From Alphaproteobacteria bacterium (GTDB lineage Bacteria > Pseudomonadota > Alphaproteobacteria > UBA2966), in assembly GCA_964291395.2 (NCBI GenBank), contig OZ219856.1:864001-928000 (forward strand): 64,000 bases of DNA, written 5' to 3'. Of this stretch, positions 49,092-59,029 are shown piece by piece. Positions within the stretch are counted from its first letter, which is position 1; each line of letters begins with the position of its first letter. A program made the translations under genes and the position numbers. The notes under the pieces are model-generated. The model was not told the origin of the DNA. It searched no databases and saw nothing but the letters and a program-made list of their open reading frames with translations.

Positions 49092-50684
49092 TTACGTCGC
49101 TGACCGCTCGTCCGGAGTGCCGTACCCTCCGCCGCCGCCCGTCTCGCCGATGAGGATGTCGCCGCGGTCAAGCGTGTGGCTGGCTTTCGAGCCCACGGCA
49201 ATCTCCTCGCCGTTCCGCTTCAACAGACGTGTCCGGGCGCTCGCGCCCGGTTTCCCACCGAACGCGCCGTCCGACGGGAAGCGGTAGCGATCCGAGTAAT
49301 GGGCCAGAGTCACGTCGTCGGCCAGGATCTCGTAACGCCGGCGGAGTCCCTCCCCACCCCGCAAGCGTCCGGCGCCTCCCGAGCCGGAGCGAATGGCGTA
49401 TTCGGTCACTCGGAAGAAGTCGTACCTCTGGTCGAGGGCTTCAACGGGGATGTTGCTGCAATTCGAGAGCGGGCCGTCTACCCCGTCGCAGCCGTGGGAC
49501 CGGGGTCCCGCCCCGTAGCCGCCGCCGAAGATCTCGATGTAGATGTTGTGGCTACCGTTCGCGAAGCGGCTCAAGCAAAGTGAATAGGGAGTACCAAACC
49601 CCGTCGCGATGACTCGATCGGGGATGGCCTTGGCGAGGGCCTTGATCACCGCGTCGAACGTTCGCGAAGCGGTGACCGATCGGCCTCGGACCGGAACCGG
49701 AGGTTCTGGGTTGAGGATCGAGCCGCGCGGCGCGGAGACGCCGATGGGCCGGGTCAGGCCATCGTTGAACGGAACGTCGGGGGAACTCGTCACTGTCTTG
49801 ACGGCGGTATATACCGCGGCGAGCGTAGACGCATATGGACAGTTCAGATTGAGCAGGATCTGCTGCGCACTGCCCGCGAGGTCGACCGAGATTTCATCCT
49901 CCGACACCGAGACCGTGGCCTTGATGGGCAAAGGGTCTTCGTTAACGCCGTCGTCATCGACGGCATCCTCGCCGACGTAGACGCCGTCTGGCACGTCCGC
50001 AAGGGCCGCGCGCATCCTACGCTCCGAGTAGTCGAGATGCGCATCCATGACTGACGTTACGGTGTCCGCGCCATAGCGCGCGCAAAGTTGACGGACACGT
50101 CCGGCGCCGACGGCATTGGCGGCAAACTGCGCGTTGAAGTCCCCGATCGTCAATTCCGGGACGCGGATGTTGGCGGTAATCAGTCGTTCCAAAGATCCCC
50201 CGTTCCAGTCGTGCGCCATGTTGTAGCGCGATGGCGGGATAATTAGCCCTTCCTGGTGTATGTCCGTGGCATTCGGGTTCATTCCCGGTGCGCCGCCGCC
50301 GAGGTCAAGGTGGTGGGCGACGCTGCCGCTGAACCCGATCAGAGTTTCTTCGAAAAAGATCGGGGAGAATATGTACACGTCAGGCAGATGCTGACCCCCC
50401 TCGAAAGGGCTGTTGTTGATGTAGAAGTCGCCTTCATCCAACTCTTCGGGGGGAACGACGGCGGCGCAGGCTTTGAAAGTTTCACCGATGGGGCCAAGCT
50501 GCAGGGGGATCAGCTCGGCTTGCGCCACGACTCTGCCGCGGCGGTCCAGGATGGCCGCCGATCCGTCCCTGGCCTCGCGTAGAATTGTTGAATAAGCCGA
50601 ACGGATGAGCTTGGCGCCCATCTCGCGGGCCGACGCGATCAATCCCTGGCTGATGACGGCCTGATCGATTGGATCAACCTTCAC
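49092..50684 (-). CDS. Hydantoinase B/oxoprolinase family protein (orphan, no adjacent A subunit)
   Basis: DPIDQAVI...AREMG...SAYSTILREARD, NSPFEGGQHLPD, HHLDLGG, QEGLIIPP, TGGGGGYG. Start GTG 50684. Confidence 0.9.
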   Translation of the reverse strand: MKVDPIDQAVISQGLIASAREMGAKLIRSAYSTILREARDGSAAILDRRGRVVAQAELIPLQLGPIGETFKACAAVVPPEELDEGDFYINNSPFEGGQHLPDVYIFSPIFFEETLIGFSGSVAHHLDLGGGAPGMNPNATDIHQEGLIIPPSRYNMAHDWNGGSLERLITANIRVPELTIGDFNAQFAANAVGAGRVRQLCARYGADTVTSVMDAHLDYSERRMRAALADVPDGVYVGEDAVDDDGVNEDPLPIKATVSVSEDEISVDLAGSAQQILLNLNCPYASTLAAVYTAVKTVTSSPDVPFNDGLTRPIGVSAPRGSILNPEPPVPVRGRSVTASRTFDAVIKALAKAIPDRVIATGFGTPYSLCLSRFANGSHNIYIEIFGGGYGAGPRSHGCDGVDGPLSNCSNIPVEALDQRYDFFRVTEYAIRSGSGGAGRLRGGEGLRRRYEILADDVTLAHYSDRYRFPSDGAFGGKPGASARTRLLKRNGEEIAVGSKASHTLDRGDILIGETGGGGGYGTPDERSAT

Positions 50685-50830
50685 GTCCCGATCCCCACGC
50701 GGTTCGAATGACCGAGGTTGATATATCGATTGTGTCCGAAACCGTCCATCGGGGGTACGCACGAGAGCGGATTGCTGCGATACTCGACGGCAGTTGACCC
50801 GTACATTCAGGACGTTCGTAGGATAGCAGG

Positions 50831-52213
50831 ATGCCGGTGGAAGCTCGATTAGCGGAATATGTCGCCACTCTCCGCTTCGAGGAGATCGACGAGACGGCGC
50901 GCGCGGCTTTCGGCCGTATGTTGCTCGACACGGTGGGGGTGGCCGTCGCCGGGTTTCGCGAGCCTACATGCCGGCCCGTCGCGACCGCGTTTTGCGCCTG
51001 GGACCGGGAGGGCACGGCATCCGTGGTGGGCTCGGAGCGGCGGGTTTCACCTGCCGCGGCGGCCTTTGCGAACGGGGTCTACGCGCATTGGTGCGAATGG
51101 GACGATTCGCACGATCCCTCGCACGTGCACGCCAGTGCGGTGATCTTCCCGGCGCTCCTCGCGGCCTTCGAAGCCTCCGGCGGGGCGGCGGACGGTGAGG
51201 AGTTCGTGGCCGCGACGGTCGCGGCGTTCGACACCGCCTGCCGGATCGGCAAGCTTCTCAAGCCGTACACGCACCGGGGTTGGATGCCGACCGGCACGGG
51301 CGGTGCCGTGGGCGCGGCAGCCGGCGCGGCACGCCTCCTCGGCCTCGACGCGGCGGGCATCCGATCGGCGATGGGAATTGCGGCGGCGGGCTCGGGGCTT
51401 TCGCGCCAAGCGCTGGCGGACCTCGTGAACGGCAAGAACATCTTGGCCGGCGCCGCGGCGAAGGTCGGTGTGGAATCGGCGATCCTCGCACGGGCAGGTG
51501 TCGCGGGGGCGCCCAACTTCCTCACCGGTTCCTACGGCCTTCAGGCTTTGTACGCCGATGGCCGGGGTGACGCTACCGAGATTCTGGAGGGTCTCGGGGC
51601 GGCGTTCAGCATCAACGAAGTCAGCGTGAAGCCTTACCCGTGCTGTCGGTCGGCGCACCCGGCGCTCGACTTGGTTTTCGACATGCTGCGCGAGGCGCCC
51701 GACGTGTCGACCGAGATCGACTCGATCCGATTCGAGGTGCCGCGGGGCGTGTATGAGCGGGTGGGCAAGCCGTTCCAGGCAGGCGATAACCCCAGGATGG
51801 CCGCGCTGTTCAGCGTGCCGTACACCGTTGCCGTGGCGTTGCGAAAGGGCGTGGTGGCGCCGGAAGACTTCGATCCGCAAGCCGTCCGCGGGGTTTCGCC
51901 TGACATCACGCATCTCATCGACAACATCTCGGTCGAAGCGGTGCCCGTGCCCGACGAGGCCGCCGATCCCATCGTGCCGACCAAGGCCATCTTCCGGCTT
52001 GCGGGCGGCGCGGAAATCGAGCGCACGGCCGATACGGTCAAGGGCGCTCCCGACCGCCCCATGACCGCGGTGGAAGAAGAGCGGAAACTGTCGGTCGCTG
52101 TGGGGGAGGCGCTATTTCACGAAGATATCGCAAGCCTCGCGAGGACCGCACGCCGCATTCCCGCCACCGGTGTTGCGGAGTTCCTGAACTGCGTGCGGCG
52201 CCCGCAGCTCTAA
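50831..52213 (+). CDS. MmgE/PrpD family protein
   Basis: LLDTVGVAVAG, AAFANG..AH..EWDDSH...HVHAS, HRGW.PT, KPYPCCRSAH, KGAPDRPM. Confidence 0.9.
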   Translation: MPVEARLAEYVATLRFEEIDETARAAFGRMLLDTVGVAVAGFREPTCRPVATAFCAWDREGTASVVGSERRVSPAAAAFANGVYAHWCEWDDSHDPSHVHASAVIFPALLAAFEASGGAADGEEFVAATVAAFDTACRIGKLLKPYTHRGWMPTGTGGAVGAAAGAARLLGLDAAGIRSAMGIAAAGSGLSRQALADLVNGKNILAGAAAKVGVESAILARAGVAGAPNFLTGSYGLQALYADGRGDATEILEGLGAAFSINEVSVKPYPCCRSAHPALDLVFDMLREAPDVSTEIDSIRFEVPRGVYERVGKPFQAGDNPRMAALFSVPYTVAVALRKGVVAPEDFDPQAVRGVSPDITHLIDNISVEAVPVPDEAADPIVPTKAIFRLAGGAEIERTADTVKGAPDRPMTAVEEERKLSVAVGEALFHEDIASLARTARRIPATGVAEFLNCVRRPQL

Positions 52214-53376
52214 TCCACGCACACCATATCGGCCAGGCGGTGCATGAACGCCTCGCATTTGGCCACCTGTTCGACCGCGATGAATTCGTTCGGCTTGTGG
52301 GCTTGGTCGATGCTGCCCGGGCCGCAAACGACGGTCGGGATTCGTCCATGCCTTGAGATCACGCTCGCTTCCGTCCCGAACGCAACCTTGCCGTGGTCGT
52401 TCTGTTGCGAGAGCCGCTTGGCCACGCTGACGACTTCCTCGCCGGGGTCCGTGTCGAGAGCCGGGAACTCCGACATGATCTCGAACGTGACACCCGTGTC
52501 CGCATGGACCGCGTGCATACGCGGTTCGAGCTCGTCCTTGGCGTATCCGACGATCCTGTCGTAGAGCTCTTCCGGATCGTCCTTGGGAAGGTGTCGGAAC
52601 TCGAACTGGAAGGTGCAGTCCTTGGAGACGATGTTCAGCGCCGTGCCGCCTTGAATCAGGCCGACGCTGAGAGTCGTGAAGGGGATGTCGTAGGCCTCGT
52701 CGTGCTCGCGCTCGGAGAATTCCCGCGACAGGTTTCTGATGTAGGCGATCAGTTCGGCCGCATATTCGATGGCGTTGACGCCGGTCGGCGCCAGCGACGA
52801 GTGGCACTCGAGCCCGCGCACGCGACAACGGATGCTCTTCTTTCCCTTGTGGGCGACGACGACCTTCATCTCGGACGGCTCGCCGACGATGCACATTGCG
52901 GGGTGGACGGGGAAATCCTTGATGCCGTCAAGGATGGCGTTGATGCCGACGCGGTTGATCTCCTCTTCGAACGTGAACCCGTAGTGGATGGGCGTCTCCA
53001 GGCCCCGTTCGAGGAACAGCGGCGCGAATGTGAGAGCGATGGCGCAGAAACCCTTCATGTCGGTCGTGCCGCGCCCGAACAGCTTTCCATCCTTCTCGAC
53101 TAGGCTCCAGGGATCCGTATGCCATTCCTGACCGTCGACCGGCACGACGTCCGTGTGGCCGGCCAGCATGATCCCGGGTTTGTCGGTGGGACCGAGGGTC
53201 GCGTAGATGCTGGCCTTGGTCTTTTCCGTGTTCTTGAAGACGTGGCTCTCCACGCCCAGATCGGCCAGAAAATCCCGGATGAATTCGATCAGCTCGAGGT
53301 TTGAATCGCGGCTTACCGTTGGCGACTCGATGAACCTGCGGATCATCTCCAGACTGGAGAGATCGGAAGACGTCAT
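52210..53376 (-). CDS. argE: Acetylornithine deacetylase (M20 family)
   Basis: PTVSRDSN, GHTDVVP, GRGTTDMKGF, FEEE, IVGEPS, HSS..P.GVNAI, FGTEA, GPGSIDQAHKPNE. Start ATG 53376. Confidence 0.85.
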   Translation of the reverse strand: MTSSDLSSLEMIRRFIESPTVSRDSNLELIEFIRDFLADLGVESHVFKNTEKTKASIYATLGPTDKPGIMLAGHTDVVPVDGQEWHTDPWSLVEKDGKLFGRGTTDMKGFCAIALTFAPLFLERGLETPIHYGFTFEEEINRVGINAILDGIKDFPVHPAMCIVGEPSEMKVVVAHKGKKSIRCRVRGLECHSSLAPTGVNAIEYAAELIAYIRNLSREFSEREHDEAYDIPFTTLSVGLIQGGTALNIVSKDCTFQFEFRHLPKDDPEELYDRIVGYAKDELEPRMHAVHADTGVTFEIMSEFPALDTDPGEEVVSVAKRLSQQNDHGKVAFGTEASVISRHGRIPTVVCGPGSIDQAHKPNEFIAVEQVAKCEAFMHRLADMVCVD

Positions 53377-53522
53377 GCCGGCCTGTCCTTTCGAGGGGTG
53401 TTTTCGTAGACTCGCTTGACCGCTTTGCTCAGCGTAGCGGCGAGGGCAGGGGCCAACAAGCCATGCCCCGGACGCCACGTCATTTCACGGGAGGGTCCGG
53501 CTGGCCGGTCGGTGAAACTAGC

Positions 53523-54833
53523 ATGACGACTCGAACGGACGTATCGGAGAGCGTTCCCTGCAACACCCGGTCGATGGCGGATGCCGCCAGAGCGATCGCC
53601 GCCGGCGACCTCAGCTCGGAGGCATTGGTGGCCGCTTGTCTCGCGCGCATCGACGAGCGGGACGGTGACGTCGGCGCGTGGACCCATGTCGATCCCGAAC
53701 GCGCTCTGGCCGAGGCTCGGGAACGGGACGCCGAGACGCCGAAGAGTCCGCTGCACGGTGTTCCGTTCGGCATCAAGGACATCATCGATACGGCCGACAT
53801 GCCGACCGAGTACGGCACGCCGATCTACCAGGGGGTGCAGCCGGCCTGGGACGCGGCCTGCGTCGCGCTTCTCCGGGAGGCGGGATGCGTGGCGCTGGGC
53901 AAGACCGTGACCACGGAATTCGCCACCCGTCATCCCGGCAAGACGTGCAACCCACTCGATCTGACCCGAACGCCCGGCGGGTCGTCGAGCGGTTCCGCCG
54001 CAGCCGTCGCCGATTTCATGGTGCCGGTGGCCTACGGCACGCAGACCACCGGTTCGGTGATCCGCCCCGGCGCCTATTGCGGCGTGGTCGCGGTCAAACC
54101 GACCTTTGGCATGATTAGCCGCTCCGGCGTCAAGCCGCTCTCCGACGCGCTGGACACCGTCGGCTATTACACGCGTACGGTGGAAGACGCGGCGCTGTTC
54201 CTGCAGGTCGTGGCCAAGTACCCGGCCACGGACTTCGGCGGCGTTGCCGATTTGAGGCCCAGGATCGCCATCTGCCGCACCACGGTGTGGGACAGAGCAC
54301 GACCCGAAACCGTCGAACTGTTCGACGGCCTGGGCGGGCGGCTGACCGCCGCCGGTGCCGAGGTGCGGGAGCTCCGGCTCCCCGGCGACTTCGATGAAAT
54401 CGCGGATGCCCAGGCCGTGCTCAACGACTACGAGTCTCTGAAGGCCCTCACCTATGAGCGTGTCAATTTCCCCGAGATGTTGAGCGAAGAGCTGACCACG
54501 AAGATCGAGCGCTCCTTCGGTCATTCATACGAAAGGTATCGCTGGGCGCTCGGTCTGGCGGAGCGTTGTAAGGCGCTGCTGCCGGGTCTGATAGCCGAGG
54601 ACGAGGTGATCCTGGCGCCCGCGGCCATGGGCGTGGCGGAGGTCGGCCAGGGCTACACGGGAGATCCCATCTTCAGCCAGGTGTGGAATCTCATCCACGT
54701 TCCGAGTGTCTGCGTGCCGGCCGGCAAGGGGCCGGCGGACATGCCTCTCGGCGTGCAGATCATCGCCCGCTGCGGGGACGACGGCCGCGCCTTCGTCCAC
54801 GCTGAGTGGGTAAGAAGGGCGCTGGCGAGCTGA
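53523..54833 (+). CDS. Amidase signature family enzyme
   Basis: PLHGVPFGIKD, GKTVTTEFA, TPGGSSSGSAAAVA, GTQTTGSVIRP. Confidence 0.92.
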   Translation: MTTRTDVSESVPCNTRSMADAARAIAAGDLSSEALVAACLARIDERDGDVGAWTHVDPERALAEARERDAETPKSPLHGVPFGIKDIIDTADMPTEYGTPIYQGVQPAWDAACVALLREAGCVALGKTVTTEFATRHPGKTCNPLDLTRTPGGSSSGSAAAVADFMVPVAYGTQTTGSVIRPGAYCGVVAVKPTFGMISRSGVKPLSDALDTVGYYTRTVEDAALFLQVVAKYPATDFGGVADLRPRIAICRTTVWDRARPETVELFDGLGGRLTAAGAEVRELRLPGDFDEIADAQAVLNDYESLKALTYERVNFPEMLSEELTTKIERSFGHSYERYRWALGLAERCKALLPGLIAEDEVILAPAAMGVAEVGQGYTGDPIFSQVWNLIHVPSVCVPAGKGPADMPLGVQIIARCGDDGRAFVHAEWVRRALAS

Positions 54834-54839
54834 GCCGCG

Positions 54840-55901
54840 CTACTCCGCGGGCTCCAGCTCCCGCTCCGTGGACTTGGGAATCCAACCTCGCGCGGTGCCG
54901 GGTGCCACGCTGCGATAACGGGGTTTGAAGGTCGGCGGCAACTCGCGGCTGTTGGGCGGGCAGATCCAGATGCGCAAGAGGTGCCGCTTGCGGTCCGGTT
55001 CGTTCCAGTCCTCGTACGTGGAGCGGGAGTGGAGCACCGAATAGTTGTTGGCGAACTGGATGTCGCCGGGACGCATCAGGAAGTTGTGGGATATGCCGGG
55101 ACGATGCGCCACGTCGAGAAGCAGATCGAGCGCCTCGTCCTGGTCTTTCGTCAGCTTCTCCACGCCCGGATGCCGTTCGGCGGTCTCGTAATAGGTCTTG
55201 GGCAGGAGGCGGGTGGTGAGTCGTCCCTTGAAGTAGGTGAACACCGGTAACCGGTAGTAGAGCTCGCTCTCCTCTTCGGGCCAGCCGGGCTCGTTGCGCC
55301 GGTCGACGGTGAGCGGCTCGTAGAGCACCCGCACGAGGTCGGGCCTCTCCGCCATCATGATGTCGTGGATGGCGGCCGCGCTTGCCAGGGTCGATACGCC
55401 TTCGGACTTCGCCTGACGCAAGCACATCAGGCTGATCCAGTCGGACAGGTCGTTGTGGACGTCCTGGCTGAGCCTCGTCTCGTAGAACCGGACGCTGGGA
55501 TTCCGCATGTCGCGGCCGAGGTCGCGTACGTGACCGATCAGGTCGCCGTAGCGGTTTTGCGAGACGACCTGACCGAGATGGCAGGCGAGTCCCCAGAAGA
55601 CGATCGCCGCGTCCTCTTTCGTATAGCGCTCCATCGGCAGTCCGCGTACGAGCACGAAGCCGCGGCCTTCCTCCATCTCTTCCTGGATGTGACGGGCGAA
55701 ATCCGCAAACGCGGGCAGCGGAAAATCGTCCTCGCCGAATCCCGTGGGACGGAGACCGCGGTCCTTCGCCTCGGCCAACGCGGCGTCGATGTCGGAGACC
55801 ACCTCCGGCGGCATGGCGTCGATCCAGTCCTCGTTGTCGGCGAATTCCTCGCCGAGCCAGTTCTCGGGGCAATTCAAAAGCCCGGCCGGCATGTCTGGCA
55901 T
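54840..55901 (-). CDS. TauD/TfdA family dioxygenase, copy 2
   Basis: GRGFVLVRGLP, VHNDLSD, LMCLRQAKSEG, PGDIQFANN...HSRS.YED...RKRHLLRIW. Start ATG 55901. Confidence 0.87.
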   Translation of the reverse strand: MPDMPAGLLNCPENWLGEEFADNEDWIDAMPPEVVSDIDAALAEAKDRGLRPTGFGEDDFPLPAFADFARHIQEEMEEGRGFVLVRGLPMERYTKEDAAIVFWGLACHLGQVVSQNRYGDLIGHVRDLGRDMRNPSVRFYETRLSQDVHNDLSDWISLMCLRQAKSEGVSTLASAAAIHDIMMAERPDLVRVLYEPLTVDRRNEPGWPEEESELYYRLPVFTYFKGRLTTRLLPKTYYETAERHPGVEKLTKDQDEALDLLLDVAHRPGISHNFLMRPGDIQFANNYSVLHSRSTYEDWNEPDRKRHLLRIWICPPNSRELPPTFKPRYRSVAPGTARGWIPKSTERELEPAE

Positions 55902-56104
55902 GATCTCGACCCCCTCCAGGATTGGACCGGGACCATTTGTATCACGGGCGCTCCGGAACCTGAAACACGTTGCGGGGCCGGCAGCCGTTGGGTGATCGCC
56001 GACACCGGCGCAGGGTCTCTGGCTTGAACGCGCCGTGGCCCGGCGCCTATCTTCGCGCGTCGCAGGCGACGGACCTCGCGGACGAGAGCCAAGGGAGACG
56101 CGAA

Positions 56105-57679
56105 ATGACTTCCAGAGCGAAGGCACCCAACATCCTTTTCCTGATGTCGGACCAGATGGGGGCCCCTGTCCTGCCCATCCACGGTCATGAGGTGTGCCAG
56201 GCGCCCCATCTCGAAAAGTTGGCGGACAGCGCCGTGGTCTTCGACAACGCGTATTGCAACTATCCGCTGTGCGCGCCGGCTCGCTTCTCCCTTCTCGCCG
56301 GACAGCTGACGCCCAGGATCGGTGCCTACGACAATGCCAGCGAGTTCACCGCCGATACCCCGACGATGGCACACTATCTCTCGCTTCTCGGCTATCGCAC
56401 GATCCTCTGCGGCAAGATGCACTTCATCGGGCCGGATCAACTGCACGGGTTCGAGGAGCGACTCACGACCGATGTCTACCCGGCGTCGTTCTCGTTCCTG
56501 CCGGATTGGGAGAAAGGACCCGGATGGATCTCTTCCGGCACCGACCTCAGTTCGGTCGTCGAGGCGGGACCCTGCGTGCGCAGTCTGCAGATCGATTACG
56601 ACGATGAAGTGGAGTACTTCGCCACCCAGAAGATCTACGACCTGGTGCGGGACTCCGACGAAAGGCCGTTCTTCCTGTGCGTCTCGTTTACCCAGCCCCA
56701 CTCGCCCTACACCCCGGGGCAGGAACATTGGGACCGCTACCGGCACGACGACATCGACCCGCCGCGGGTGCCGGAAATTCCGTATGACGACCTCGATGCC
56801 CTCAGCCAGGGTCTCTACTATGCCCATGGCCGCGACCGGCATACGGTCGTCGATGACGACATCCGCAACGCCCGGCACGGCTACTACGGCATGATCAGTG
56901 CCATCGATGACAAGATCGGTCGGCTCGTGGCGCGACTCGATGAGACGGGTCTCGGCGAGAACACCGTCGTCGTTTACACGACCGACCACGGCGACATGAT
57001 GGGTGAGCGGGGCATGTGGTACAAACACTGCTTCTTCGAGTGGTCTGCCAGGGTGCCGTTGATCATCCGCCACCCGGACGGCTTGAAGCCCCGCCACGAA
57101 CCCGGGGTCGTGTCGCACGTCGACCTGCTTCCGACGCTGCTCGATTTCGCCGGCGACGGGAAGCATGGATTCGATCTGTCCGACAAGGACGGGAACAGCC
57201 TTTGGCCCCTGCTGTCCGGAGAGGGCGGGACGTGGTCGGACACGGCGATCTGCGACTACCTGGCGATCGGTCCCTGTACTCCTTGTCGGATGATCCGGAA
57301 GGGCAAGTTCAAGTACATCTGCATTCACGGCCACGCTCCCCTGCTCTATGACCTGGAAGGGGACCCGGACGAGGTCAACAGCCTGGCCGAAGAGCCGGCG
57401 TACGCGGATGTTCTCCAGACCCTCGAAACGGAGCTGAAGCTCGATTGGAATCCCGACGAGCTGGACGTTCGGATTCGCGAAAGTCAGCGACGCCGCCGCC
57501 TGATCGCCCAGGCCAACGGCGGACGGGAGCGATGGGATTACGTGGCGCGGGAGGGAGACGACAAACGCTTCGTTCGCGCCAATCTGGTCGACTCCACCAA
57601 ACGCCTGAGCCGGTTCCCTCAGGTCGACGAGGTCCCACCCGACCGGCCGCGAGTCGACGCTTCGCCAACTGCCGCGTGA
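56105..57679 (+). CDS. betC: Choline-sulfatase-like sulfatase, copy 1
   Basis: PNILFLMSDQM, CAPAR (CxPxR), GKMHFIGPDQLHGFEERLTTD.YP, DHGDMMGERGMWYK. GGGAG RBS before ATG 56105. Confidence 0.85.
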   Translation: MTSRAKAPNILFLMSDQMGAPVLPIHGHEVCQAPHLEKLADSAVVFDNAYCNYPLCAPARFSLLAGQLTPRIGAYDNASEFTADTPTMAHYLSLLGYRTILCGKMHFIGPDQLHGFEERLTTDVYPASFSFLPDWEKGPGWISSGTDLSSVVEAGPCVRSLQIDYDDEVEYFATQKIYDLVRDSDERPFFLCVSFTQPHSPYTPGQEHWDRYRHDDIDPPRVPEIPYDDLDALSQGLYYAHGRDRHTVVDDDIRNARHGYYGMISAIDDKIGRLVARLDETGLGENTVVVYTTDHGDMMGERGMWYKHCFFEWSARVPLIIRHPDGLKPRHEPGVVSHVDLLPTLLDFAGDGKHGFDLSDKDGNSLWPLLSGEGGTWSDTAICDYLAIGPCTPCRMIRKGKFKYICIHGHAPLLYDLEGDPDEVNSLAEEPAYADVLQTLETELKLDWNPDELDVRIRESQRRRRLIAQANGGRERWDYVAREGDDKRFVRANLVDSTKRLSRFPQVDEVPPDRPRVDASPTAA

Positions 57680-57873
57680 AGACAGGAACTCCCTCGATGT
57701 AATCGCTTACCAATATTGTTGGTTTCGCATGCGTCCAGGGGTAAGATGCGCCGCGCCGAGGGGGATATCTCCTTGCTACAGGGGGTTAGGACCCTCTCGA
57801 CGCTATGTTGAGCAATTGACCCGCAGACGAATCAATCTCCAAGACGCGGGCACGAAACTGGGAGGCGACATCC

Positions 57874-58869
57874 ATGAAATTCGCTGGATTATTGCGCGCG
57901 ATCGCGATTGCCGCCGTATCGGCGGGTGTTACCATGCTGGCAGGACCGCAGGACGCTGCCGCCGAATACCCGACGAAGCCGATCCGCATCATCATTCCGT
58001 ACGACGCGGGCGGCGCCGCGGATCTGCAGGCTCGGATCGTGGCCTCTACCGCGCCCGAATACATCGGCCAAGCCGTGCTCGCCAGCAACCGCACCGGGGC
58101 GGCCGGCGTGACAGGATCGCACTACGTGGTCCGCTCGAAGCCGGACGGCTACACCCTGCTGCTGGCGCGCGTGGGATCGCAGGCGGGGGTGCCGGCCGTC
58201 AACCTGAATATCCCATACAAGTGGAACGACTACACGTTCCTCGGTCTCCTGGAAAAGAACCCGTTCGTACTCGTGGTGAACTCCAAGTCCGATTTGCATG
58301 ACCTGACGGACATCGAGGCCAAGTTGAAGAAGGGGGAGAAGCTCTCCTATTCAACCGGCGGCGTGGCCACGCTGCCTCACATCGCCATGGTCATGGTGCT
58401 CGAGGGCATGGGCCTCAAGGCAGACGCCATGACTCACGTACCTTACAAGGGCGGAGGCGCCGCCGCGGCAGCTCTCGTTGGCGGCCACGTCGACATGTTC
58501 TTCCAAAACCTGTCGGGCGTCATCGGACAAATTCAGGCCGGCACGCTCCGCGCTCTCTTCGTCACGACGCCGGAACGGGTCAAGGTGATCAAGGATGTCC
58601 CGACCGTGAAGGAGGTCGGGCGGCCCGACCTCGAGCTCGCGATTGGCTGGAGCGCGCTTTACGGCCCCAAGGGGTTGCCCCAGGAGGTCGTCGACAAGTG
58701 GGTCGACACGCTCCAAATGCTTAAGAAGGACAAGTCATGGAACCGCATGACCACGAAGCTCGGCTCGATCCCCGCGATCAGTTCTCCGGCAGAGATGGAG
58801 AAGTTCGCGGAAAGCCAGTTCAAGGCGATGCGGGCGGTGGCTGAAAAGGTCGGCATGATCATTAAGTAG
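57874..58869 (+). CDS. tctC: Tripartite tricarboxylate transporter substrate-binding protein
   Basis: YPTKPIRIIIPYDAGGAAD, KPDGYTLL, HVPYKGGG, GGHVD. GGAGG RBS. Confidence 0.9.
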   Translation: MKFAGLLRAIAIAAVSAGVTMLAGPQDAAAEYPTKPIRIIIPYDAGGAADLQARIVASTAPEYIGQAVLASNRTGAAGVTGSHYVVRSKPDGYTLLLARVGSQAGVPAVNLNIPYKWNDYTFLGLLEKNPFVLVVNSKSDLHDLTDIEAKLKKGEKLSYSTGGVATLPHIAMVMVLEGMGLKADAMTHVPYKGGGAAAAALVGGHVDMFFQNLSGVIGQIQAGTLRALFVTTPERVKVIKDVPTVKEVGRPDLELAIGWSALYGPKGLPQEVVDKWVDTLQMLKKDKSWNRMTTKLGSIPAISSPAEMEKFAESQFKAMRAVAEKVGMIIK

Positions 58870-58880
58870 TAAGATTGAAC

Positions 58881-58916
58881 CCGGGGGAGGGCGGCCTTGG
58901 GCGAGTCCTCTCCCGG
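58881..58916 (+). other. Stem-loop downstream of tctC
   Basis: ccgggggagggc pairs with gtcctctcccgg (12 bp, 2 G-U). No U-tract follows. Confidence 0.4.
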
Positions 58917-59029
58917 TTCCCCTTGCAGCCTCCGGAGTGGCTTGGTGTCACGGCCGGGTAGTGGCTGCCCCGTCCCGGCGCCGCGGTGGTCGTCCGTCGG
59001 GGTCGGGCACGCGAGGGATTGTGGAGCGG

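Noticed and set aside
57709-57723. ACCAA-N5-TTGGT inverted repeat upstream of tctC
   Set aside because: The 5-bp arms occur once, which is too weak to call an operator.
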